This document shows, piece after piece, positions 36,390-47,300 of a stretch of DNA of 64,000 bases. Below the pieces are notes generated by a model. It worked only from the letters and a program-made list of their open reading frames with translations, ran no database searches and was not told the origin of the DNA. The translations under genes were made by a program, and so were the position numbers. Origin of the DNA: Anthoceros angustus. Its lineage: Eukaryota; Plantae; Anthocerotophyta. Positions within the stretch are counted from its first letter, which is position 1. Every line of letters begins with the position of its first letter. The stretch covers positions 1,759,595-1,823,594 of the forward strand of contig VJWM01000063.1 in assembly GCA_010909165.1 (NCBI GenBank). The letters run 5' to 3'.

Positions 36390-36619
36390 CTTGGAGAGCA
36401 ACGGCCTCTCCGGTTCTCCCTCACACCGCCCTCTTCTCCTTCTTCACCTCCTTCCTCCTCCTTCCCCCCTCTCCAAGAGCATCCGCAGAATCACAATCTC
36501 ACCTCACCTCATCGCCTCACCACACCGGTCTGTTCACAACACCAAATGCAGACACCAAACGCAGCACATGCAAACAACCGCATTTCGTCTGCTCTGCAAG
36601 AAGGCCTCGCGCCTCACGG

Positions 36620-36705
36620 TCTTGCACTTGGGAAACCAGCGCAGTTCAAGGTCTCGCACTCGGGAAATCAGCGCAGTTCAAGTCTCGCACTTGGGAAACC
36701 AGCGT
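36620..36705. repeat. ~31-bp tandem repeat (about 3 copies) upstream of phytolongin B
   Basis: CACT(T/C)GGGAAA(C/T)CAGCG at 36625, 36657 and 36688. Confidence 0.8.
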
Positions 36706-36978
36706 GGTCGCGGCAACGTGCGTCGAGTAGTTCAGCGCGCGTAGATCTCCAGCAAAGCCCGAGGCGGCGCGTGCAATGCCCCCTGTTCCACCTCCAGCTG
36801 ATCCGGCGATGGCGGGAGACCGAGGCCGCCCGGGTCAGAAACATCGGGTTTCGTAGCACCTGTCTTTCGCTCCTTCCCGGCTTCACAACCTCGCGGCTTA
36901 TGAGAGCGGAAAGCCAGTGGGTGGACGTCGGCTACAAAATCGATCTACCCCGGGCCCTGGAGAGAGGAGGCGGGACGA

Positions 36979-37013
36979 AACGGCACGGGCAACGGAAACG
37001 GGAACGGGAACGG
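36979..37013. promoter_or_regulatory. Cluster of five AACGG cores (MSA/MYB-like) upstream of phytolongin B
   Basis: AACGG at 36979, 36991, 36997, 37003 and 37009. Function is inferred only. Confidence 0.35.
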
Positions 37014-37241
37014 AATCGGAAGCAGCATGGAACTGGGACGGCAGTGCCGGATGGCTGCCACTCGGATACACGCCAATCGCCATGCTCTACCACATGGGCT
37101 CGAAACGGCTCTCTACTGTACACATGTGCAGCTTCTGCGATTCTTGCCACAGCGTACGTTTAAAGCCTTTCCTCATGCTGGTTTTGTGGGTAGAGGGAAG
37201 ACGTGCTTGACCTACTTCATCTTTGGGTTGAGAGGATTACA

Positions 37242-38650
37242 TCACGCGAAGGAAGGGGATTGGGTTCTGCGGGTCACTACTTTCAGAACCTCGTCCAGAT
37301 TTGGGTGGTCGCCCACATACTCTTCTTTCCTCGAGTAGATCACGTCCTGCCCCTTGAAGACGTAGAGGCCACCCTGGGTGTAGCAGAACGGACAACATCA
37401 CTGTTTAGGGGGAAGCATAAGGATGGATGGTTGTGTGATTTTGTGCATGTTGGAGAGAAGGTTTCGGAGGGCCCTACCTGCTGCAACACTCCAGACTGGT
37501 CATCTGGTGTTGATAGCTCGTACCCGCCCGTCAGCACGTTCTTGAGCTCGTTGAGCCTGCCAAACACATTGAGCTGCATGGATGGAAGATGATCAGGATG
37601 TGGACTGTGTTGTAGGTATGCCAAATGCGATGTGAGTGAGTGTCTGTCTTGGGTTTCTCACCGCCCCGGGGTTGAAGAATGTGGACTGGACGCCGAAGTT
37701 CAGCTGAAGAGCATCATATGCCTGCAATTCCACCGGGCTGGGATGAAGTCCGAATCCTGGGCATTCCTACATGGTGCCAGATTTTCAGGAAAAGAATTTC
37801 AGAGTACCTTTCTCTCATCGTCGCAGAAGAGGTTGTCAATTGGGAAGTTCAACTGCGTGGCCGAGAACAAGGGTTAGACTACTTGCAGCTAGACCTGACA
37901 TGAAGCAAGACAGCTGAGGGGACTAGGAAGTGAAACCAGGGCCCTTGTGTACCTTCTCAACCAGCAGACGTGCTTTGTCTGGCTTCCCAACCCCGATCGT
38001 GATGAGCTTGATACCCGAGGCATCAAATCTAGGTTTGTAATCTCGAAGCTTGCCAGCGAATTCCCAGCTGCAGCAACAGCAACAGAGAGATGAGATAGGG
38101 CCCCCTGATGTCGTCCAGACCCACGATCATTGCACCGAAAGACCTAATGGGAAAAGGAAAGCTGTGGTCACCAGAAAGGACACCCAAAATGCCTCAGGAA
38201 CGCCACCATCGCCAGCCCCTGCACGAAACAGGCCAAATTCAACTCAGATTCAGCTGCGCAAACAGGCACATGCACACTTTTGCGGAATGAAAAGGATGGC
38301 GGAAGCAATCCTACATCTTTCTGGTCCCACAGCTCCTGGAATTGCACTGGCTCCCCGTCAGCCGCTTTGTAAATTGTGATGGGGCCCAGAGTGCTGGCGG
38401 AGCCCCGGGAGCCAGACGAAGCCTGTGCTCGAGCAGCAGGAGCAAACCGCGCTCTTGCATTGAAGGTGGAATTTGTGGTGGGCGCAGGAGACGAGGACCA
38501 CAATTCTCTGAAATGGCGAGGGCTTGTGAAAGCTGCTACTCGGGAAGTAGGAGCAAGAAGAGGAGCAGAGTGATCATGTTTGCCAGCCGGATGTGCTGCA
38601 CCGCTGCCCAGCTGTGCTAGCCCGGTACTTGAGGTGAGTAACGCCTCCAT
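37242..38650 (-). CDS. AhpC/TSA-family thioredoxin-like protein (PRXL2A-like), probable plastid transit peptide, 7 exons
   Basis: GEPVQFQELWDQKD|GLAMVAFLRHFGCPFC|WEFAGKLRDYKPRFDASGIKLITIGVG...AYDAL...FFNP...DDQSGVLQQGGLYVFKG...GDHPNLDEVL. The N-terminus is Ser/Ala-rich. Confidence 0.92.
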
Positions 38651-39054
38651 TGCAGACTGCAGACCTGTGAAAGCTATGACATAGGTTGACAAAGTTGAAC
38701 ACGTATGGTGTGTGATCCCTGTACAGAGCTGCAGACGAAGTGTAGGCAGCAAAGGTGACTTGTCCTCTATATTCGTGCTGCAGGGCCATTGGCCACGACA
38801 ATTCTGTTACATTGGATGCCTGGTGAAAAATGCAGCCACGTAGCCGGCTGGCTGCTCAACTCAACGCTGAAACACCTGTGCAGAATTGATAGACGGACTC
38901 TCCTTACGCGTGTCTGATTCAACGTGTTGAGCTGCTGAAGTCACGGGGGGCCGCTGTTTGACGCCTCACCATCCCCAAGGTTTCTACAGTCTGACCCTTC
39001 AATCGAATCCGACGGCTATGGCCTCATCAGAAATGTTGGAAAGTATCAAGCTTG

Positions 39055-40900
39055 CTAATTGCTGGATAGCCAACCATCCAGTACGCTTTGCCTTTTGAGC
39101 CGCTTTCTCTGAGCTTTGGGACACCTCCAACCGTCTTCACTTCGTAGCACTTGTTGCACATGATCCTCTCTTCCTCTAACTGCAGTACCGCAGTACACTT
39201 TTGCTCTTTGCACACACGCAACATTTGGTATGGATGGATTCTGCCGTGAATGGAAGTCTCGTAACCCTAGAGAAGCAAAACCGGCATCTCCTTTTGCTGT
39301 GTCTTGTGTTTCTTCCTCCTCCTTATCTTCTGCTTCTGCTTCTGCTGCTTCTTGTTCTTCCAGAACGTCATGTTTCCTAAGCCGTTTCTCCTCTGATAGC
39401 CTCGGCTCCGCGAAGCATAACTGCACACTCTTGACAGGTTCATGGCGACCTGTGACACAGACACCACTGTCAAATCACAACTCATCTCCACAAGTCCGAG
39501 CAGCAGCTAGACATACAAAGCTCTATCACCCTAGCTGAAGAAACTGCGCCTGCCGGACCCTGATGTTCCTGAACTGGACCTGGCGAAGGCCCTGCAACAG
39601 CATCGCTCTTTGGAGTAGGCCAACACAAGAAGCTTCGAAGGCCAGTGGCACCAACACGAGGAGGAGCATGCTCCAAGTTCCATAACAGAGTACCGAAACA
39701 ATGAGAGAACATACATCTTACATGCGACACAATGCGATCCGGTGGTGAGTCGGCGGCGCATTCAGCTCTCGAAAGCGAGTCATCCGAATGCTTCCCCGCC
39801 GACAGCACGTCAATGTTGAAGAGATCGCATGCTTCTTCACTCCAATTCGACTCTGAAGGCAACACAACTCCACATCAGGACATCAGGGACGTTGCACGGC
39901 TTGCCTTCCCAGCCAGTGGTACAGCAATGCCCCAACCTGCGGTGTTGAGAGGCACAGAAGGAAGTTCCTCCGAATCTGAATGGTAGAATCTATGATCCAA
40001 GCTTTCGGAGCAAGGCTCTCCAGGCCAGAGATCATTAGACAATCTGTTGCTCATCTCCACACCTGTCTCATCGGTGCAAAATGAGCATCAAATATTCCTC
40101 AGAATTTGAAGTAGGTAGCTAATCAACTGCATCAATTCTTAAACTCTGAAGCTAATTGCAAAGAACACATCATCACATCGTGAAACTCAGCACAGACGTG
40201 CTGATGGTGATCGAGCCTTCCATCGGCGAGCAATGGCCACTCACTACTATCGTAACCAACAAAGATGATGGAACTGTCACCTTGAAAGGTCCATCAACTT
40301 CCAAGTCGCCCTTCACAATATTCAGGTTGTGATTGATAGAACAACTATCTGGTAGCTGGGCTGAGCTGATCTTCTCTCAGAATCAGCAGTGCCTCCGAAA
40401 ACGAGCACTAGAAGCTGGAGGAGGAAAAGGCTGCCGATGAGATCAACACTGAGGCAAATCCTTTCCATGCTGCTGTGTGGTGGTCCCTGCAAGCCCATCA
40501 CTCTCGGCGAAGGATGGCGGTCCGCTTGAACACTTTACCTCACATTACAGTGTTATCCAAGGTGCACAAGATTCCATCTCCGACGTGCTTGCTGTTAAGC
40601 AAAGTATGTGGTGGTGAAGCAGGGGCCCTGTAACCGTTGCTGGAGACTTTCTTTTGCCTTCTTGCCACCTATTCGTCCTTCTTCGTCCAGGAAAGCAGTG
40701 GCTGCAGTGGTCCCGCCCGCCCTCATCGTCCCGTTGCTTCGAAGTGGTCACGTGGACCATGCAAACCTAGTGCCCCCATTACTTTGTCTTGCCAACCATC
40801 TGTGCCTCTGTGCTCTGGCATGGGTGGTGAGGAGGGCAATTTGGTAGGAAAGTTGCCAAACCTTCTTCACGGGAGCATCATCAGAAGTGGGTTGCTTTCT
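39055..40900 (-). CDS. Probable spliced gene of unknown function; last exon acidic, ending in a basic NLS-like and PIP-box-like motif
   Basis: Last exon ~39460-39055 encodes EEQEAAEAEAEDKEEEE...RKRLKRQSVLDGWLSSN*. Upstream exon-like pieces could not be joined confidently. Confidence 0.4.
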
Positions 40901-41316
40901 TGAAAATGCTCGGCCTGGCAGTGAGAAGCTTTCTTGTGAGTGGTCGTGCAGGAGGAGCTTGTCCTCAACGGCGTGTTGCTATCTGCTCTGATTCCGAGCT
41001 TCACATATGCTGCCTTCAGGTCTCCACATTGTGAGTTGTCCATCCTGATCGAAGTCGGAGCATGAGTTGTGAAAGTCACAGATCCCCAGGCCATGTTGCA
41101 AGCGCAGAGGAAGTGAGAGCACTGCCTTCTGGGTGGGGAAACGCCATTTATGAGAACACAGGTATCTTGAATGGAGGGAGTGGGGAAGGCACGATCTTCA
41201 CTTTCACAAGCAGTTCGAAGCCCAAGTGCGATGAGCATCAGCAGGTTGTCACATGTGGGGGTGATGGCACAAGCATAACTCATTTGAGAGACTACGCTAC
41301 GCTGTCAGAAACATGC

Positions 41317-44300
41317 ATGCCTCCTAAGAGGTACCAATCTAGGCGCTCCAGGTCTCCCTACAGGATCAGGATTGACTTCAGAGAGCTACTATCAAGGAAC
41401 GGTATGAGAACTGGGAAGTCCAGAAGGAGTGTGATGGATGGGAAGCTTGACCCAGTGGCAGTTACGGGGATCGAAGGTCAGAGGCTTGATTGGAACCACA
41501 AGAGCAAGCAATTGGCCGAGCAGTTTGATAGCCGTAGGCAAAAGAACGACTCGGTGTTCAATGTGCTTTTAGAGCAAACAAGTGAGCATCGGGGCTTCCT
41601 TGGACTGGAACATACCACTCCAAAGGATCTGAGTGAATCACGACTCCAGGAAATGGCTTCCAAGATCCGGGAGCAGGAGGAATGCAGGGAAGCTCTCTGG
41701 AGGGAGAATGCCTTGTTGAGAAGACAGCTGGAAAGGGTGAGGTCTGGTAGCGTGGCTAGCATGTCTGCTGAAGAGGATGGCGCACAGTCAGACTCCAGGC
41801 GGATGGAGAAAGCACAGGTTCTCGTCCAGGGCAAAGATAATGGTGGTCTGAGCACGAATCGTAGCAGACAGGAGAAACCGCGGCGGAGTAAAGGGAATGG
41901 TGTTGAGAATAGGAGAAACCATTTGAGCATTGAAAGAATGTTGGGGGAGCGAAGCCATGTGATTGACAAGAGAAGGAACACAAAGGCCTGGTTGAAATCT
42001 GGCTTCTTTGACTTCTGTGAAAAATCTGAAAGGGTTCCAGTTGCTCGCAGCTTCATCTCGCTGAAAGGAGGTGTCCCTGCAGTGGGTCAGAGACCATTTG
42101 GCATTGGGTTTAAGAAGCTGTGGAAGAGGAATGGGGTTAGGACAAAGTGCGGCAAGATGAGCAGCAGAAGGACGAAAGTGAATTGCAATGGTCATGACAC
42201 TCCCGGTCCTGTATTGGTCGCCGACCAGACAATGAAAGAGAAAAATGAAGATGACACAAGATGTGGGGAAAAGTATGTGGGAGATATTTTCATGCACGCA
42301 GAGAGATTGTTTTCAGCATCCAAGAGTTGTGACAGCGAGTCCACTTCTCGTGCTGTGCAGGATATTGGTCTTCCTGTGCCCGGTGCAAGCATAAATTGCA
42401 AGAAACACTTGTCAAGTGAAAACAGTGATGTAGATGAAATGGAGAAGCCGCTCGGACCTCAGATAGGGCCACTAATAGGTGAATTACAGGGAGGTACTGA
42501 TGGCGAGGAAATCTCACATGAAGAAACTCAACACGTGCGGGAGCCTGACGGATTGTCCTTCTCTGGTATGGATGGTGTTTGATACAAGACACATGGTGAA
42601 AAGCGAATGGGTAAAGAAATCAAGAACATGCATGGGGTTAAGATCAGCTTCTTGGGGTAGGATGGCTAGTTCGAGAATCCTGAAGATCATAAGTCTTACA
42701 CTGGTTTTACTTGTGAACTCAGGTGTAATGATCGAAGGACAAGAGACTAAGAGACAAGATTTGGCTCTGGAGCCTGCAAGTCAGGCATCCATTGCGAGCT
42801 GCTGGACGAGAAGCCATCTCGAACCCTTTGGCTTGGCTTTTTCCACAGGGAGCAATCAAGAGCACAACAATAGTGTGAAGGAACCAGCAGCACTGTCATC
42901 AGACACAAATCTCTGCACCACGGCAGGTAATGGTTGGCATGGTACTCAGCCTTGTGAGGACCAGCGTGGGGAGGCTGAGACTACAGTCTTGAACCCAAGC
43001 AGGATGTTGCAGCAGAAGCAAGCATTTTGTAGACAAGAGCAGCCGTTTCCTGGAAACAGCCAAGATGTAAATGCTGAGGACCTTTGTGAAGAAAACAGGA
43101 ATGGCAGGGAAAGCTGTCAAACTGGTTCGGATTTTAGTGACAAGGCTTGTAGGTATGGACTGCCCAACGAGACAGCAACCAAAAAAATTGCTCTGGCTTT
43201 GCAGAAGTGTTTTGACCACAGGCTGGCTTCTGTTGCCAATGTTGTGGTCGAAGATGAATTGGTGTCTGCCCAGACATCCTTAGAGGTTGACACTTCCAGT
43301 TCTTGCTCGGCTGATGAAGGCCCTGGAATGCAGGAGCCCCTGCACGAGGCCACGCCAGGATGGACAGCAAAGAACCATTTCAAATCTGAGTATCAACTGC
43401 TGAAGGAGGATGAGCAGAGTCCTGAAAAGGAGACCGAAGTTGTGGATGAAGGCCAGTTTCCGGTTCAGGCAACTGGTTTCAAAGCTATGTTGAAGGACTT
43501 CCATATGAAAGAGCGCTGTCTGAGCAAGTTACGCCGCATGCCAATAATGTTTCGATCCAAGAATGGATTAAGTCACAATGGGCTGCGGCTCAGTCAGGAG
43601 AAGAAAGCCTCACGAAAAGATGTAGGGGGTAGATCTGCTGTACTTCCCAAGAAAATGCAGAAGCGAAGTAATGTGTCTGCTTCTCAGGTGGAGGACCGTC
43701 TGCATTCAAATGGGAACGCTTGCTTAGGTGAAGGGCCCCCATGTCACAGCACCTCTCAGTATGACGGATTCCACGATGGCGAGGAAAGCGATGCTCAATG
43801 TGGACAGCAGCAGTCTCACCAATCAATGCATCACATGCATAATGGGTTGGAGGGTCCTGTGTCTTCTGCAAGCTGTCCTGGAGACTTTGGGGAGCATGAG
43901 ACGTCAGAGTCTCAACAGCTGATGAGTTGCTGTTCTTTCAATGGGCTGCCATTGGGATTTGGCTCATATGTCCATCATTCTGACAAGCAGGCTACTGGTA
44001 GGAATCGTGACAAGTCAGCCCCACCACCTCAGGGTTCGGATGGTCAGGATGGATCTCGACCGATTTCCCTCAGGAACAAAATGAAGGGTATTCTGGATTT
44101 GCGCAGAGACAAATTCCAGTCTCCAAACCACGATGGCCACTGTTATACCTCATTGTCACTGATTGTTGATAAGGAGAATGGGACGACTTGCCATAGCAAA
44201 AGCAGGTCACCTGACAGAGGTGGGGCGACTTGCCATAGCAAAAGCAGGTCACCTAACAGAGGCAGATCCAGAGAATGCCCGGAAGGTGGGGGACAACATG

Positions 44301-47300
44301 TTATGGATGATGGGTACTCAGAACATGATTCAGTACACGAGGGAGATACCTCCAGAATGCCTGAACCACAGAAAGCTTCTAGACCTGCGCAGAGTGATAC
44401 CTCATGTACCAGGGAGGTGCCTGTCAATGGCTCGTCAGAGGATGAATACTATGCTCCACGAGCCCATGCAGAGCAGGGAAACAGATTGAAGCACTCAGTG
44501 GGACAGAACAGGAGTGGTGGGAGTAATATCAGGTCTCAGAAAGACGGATGTAGCAGCTGTTTGGAGGATGTTGCGGAAGAGGAACTGAGGCCCTCTCAAC
44601 TGCATGCCATGCGCATTTGCAAAGACATTCCTCCAGCTGAGCAGGTGTTTCTTGAACGATTTTCTACATTGTCAACAGACGAATCTGGACCGAGTTCAAG
44701 TTGTTCCAAAGGGGGAATGGGCCCCTTAAGAGTTGCACCATCTTTTGACTCATCTTCCCATATAGAAATCTCTGCATTGACGTCCCTACTACTTGAGAAC
44801 ACCAGGAAGGCAGACTTGCCGTCTTGCAGTAGACTTGAGCCTAAACAAAGGGCCCAACCCCTCTGTGAATCTGTCCGAGTTCCTTGCCATGATGGAATCA
44901 GATGTCAGAGTGCACCCTCTAGCTGCCTGCCACATGACAATCCCCTCCGACCCATAACTGCTTTTCCTCTCCATGGTGGTTATGCACTGGACCCAACTTC
45001 AGTGCCGAGGAACTATGATTCGTCTGCCTACTTTTCTCCAAGCATGGAGCCACCTTCCTTTCCCCGCAGCATGCCAACCACTGATTTCCGCCCACAGCCT
45101 TTTGTCCCTTTGTCTGTACCTTCCCAACTGCCGCACATGCCTGTTGAAAATTGTGCCTTCACTAAGCCTGAGAGAAGTACTGGATCAGCCTTTGGTGCGC
45201 ACCCACAGCAGGACTCCGCGTTTCCTTGGCCACATCGTCATCTGCTGCCTGGTCAGAACCTCAACAGAGCCATCCACTCCCTGCATCACCCGTATGAGCT
45301 TGTTGCAGAGTCTTGCCTGCCTGATATCCCAGTGATGAGTCGTACATCTGGCACGGCTGGGCCTCTGCAGCCTCATTCGGCTTGGCCAGTGGTACCGATG
45401 CACTTGAAGCCTGGGGATGCAAGTACGTCTTTCCATCCTCATAACCTGCAAGGTTCTCCCGGCACCTCGGTCTCATATGAAATGAACTTCCAGCAGTCCA
45501 GCTTGGATTTTCATTCAAGGCAAGAACCCAACTCGACTCAACCAAATCTGTACGTGTCACAGGAGGCAGTGTTTCCTTTCAAGAAGCAAGGTCACGACGC
45601 CCACAGCATTCGTTCTTTTCCTAATACCAGCCATGGTCCACAATGCCCACCTGCTGTGCCGTATGAAATGTTCCCGTCTTGCTTGGACATACCGTGTACA
45701 ACAGCCTCACACTCTCTGCAGCAGCCCAAGGATGCAACATTTGCTGTTGCTCCAAGTTCAGGTAGTTCGACACCACAACAAATGCTTTGGCTCTCTGAAG
45801 AAGAAACGGAGATTATTCGTCACATTCGGCTTTCAAAGTTCAAGGTAAGACTGCTAGAGGTGCTGTCAGGTGTGAGAGAATTTAAATCAAGTGTGTTGCT
45901 CGCTTCTGAAAACGGTGTTGGTTATAAACAGGGAACTACGGCGTCCCCATACTCAGCTGTGTCAGGTGGACCATCTGCAGTGAGAGGAGGTTGTTCTAAC
46001 AATCATGAGCTAACTGGCTCATTTCACGGGAGAACTGGATCCCGATGCTCCAACTTATCAGCCTGTTCGGCAGATGACTCAGTGATACCTCCTGATGATG
46101 GGACATCCGTTGTAAGCAGCTCTGAAACCTGATGAATATCATCGCAGCTGCCTCGCACTGTTTACAGGGTCAGTTTTACATCAACGAAGATGGTTTTGTG
46201 AGAAGAGTTGATTCCAATTAATGTTCTGGGTTGATAGAAAGAGGGTGATTCAAACTGGAAGGCTTCAGCAGAAGAAGACAAGTTGCCTTTCCCCGTCGAC
46301 GATAGGAGGCAGTTGGAAAAGCAGACAAATATGGTATTACAATGCCATTGACTTTGGCTTGATCTCCTTTAAGACGCAGCATTCAAGGGTTTTAGAAGGT
46401 CATTTTGAACCCATTAGCTAGTACACTTGAAATTATGAAAGATGAATGTTTTCTATGGCGTGTGAGTTGAATCTGTCCGTCGTCTTCGGCCTTGTATGAC
46501 TTTTCACAGGTCATAGCAGTCTGCAGACATAGTGCTGCGTCATGCATCCAGAAATGGTGGAAGAAGTGCATGCAACAGAAAAGAGCAGAGTTGAAGCAGG
46601 ATCACATTTCAGCCTTGCGGCTGGCAGAAATGCCAGAGTGGCTCCGACAGCTACCGGACTTAAAGCTACAAACTGCTTCCAAGTTACGAGTAAGACGAGC
46701 CTCCTTATGAATAGCAGAAGATAGGTTGACATAGTAGGAAGTGTGCTGATTCCTTGGTCCATGTTTAGGGCATGAATGTACAGGCAACAAACCAGAGAAG
46801 ATTACTCCAGACTAGGTATAGCCTGCTTCAACAGGCAGCAATCACAATTCAGCGGTGGTGGAGAAAGCTGAAGCAACAGAGGAGACTTGCCTCTTCTTTT
46901 CCGATAGATCGGCCAAGCAGCCTAAAGGTTCTTATGGGCTTTTTGGAGAAAATCATGTTCTGCTTTTTGTATTTTCTTACTGCAAGATTGAATTGCCCTA
47001 CTCACATCAAGCTTGGTCACCAACGCTTGCTTGTCAATCCTTGTTGAGCAACAGCACTGCTTGTTAGAAGTCGGACACATTAGCAAACCATGTCAAAAGA
47101 GCTGCGTTCCTGAGAAACAAATACGAACTCACATGTGGGTTGTTGGTCGAAATTCCTGGCAGAGCTTATACAACCGCATAAAAGCAAGACATCTGAGCAG
47201 GGGTGTGGTTGCTCCAACTTACAGTAAGTGCGACTTGTCCCCTAAGATTGACGTTGTGAGACTCGCCAAATGCAAAAGCAGAGTAGAGTCAGAACTTTCC

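Noticed and set aside
35634-37163. 509-aa minus-strand ORF overlapping phytolongin B
   Set aside because: It is an alternative-frame shadow of a GC-rich gene. The phytolongin frame has clear family homology.
40631-40638. TAACCGTT, a DUO1-type MYB site upstream of the IQ gene
   Set aside because: It is a single short degenerate motif expected by chance every few kb, and it probably lies within an exon of the opposite-strand gene.
45845-46132. Stop at 46132 as the true end of the 1217-aa protein
   Set aside because: Strong GT donors at 45845 and 46112 with in-phase acceptors link it to the downstream IQ exons.
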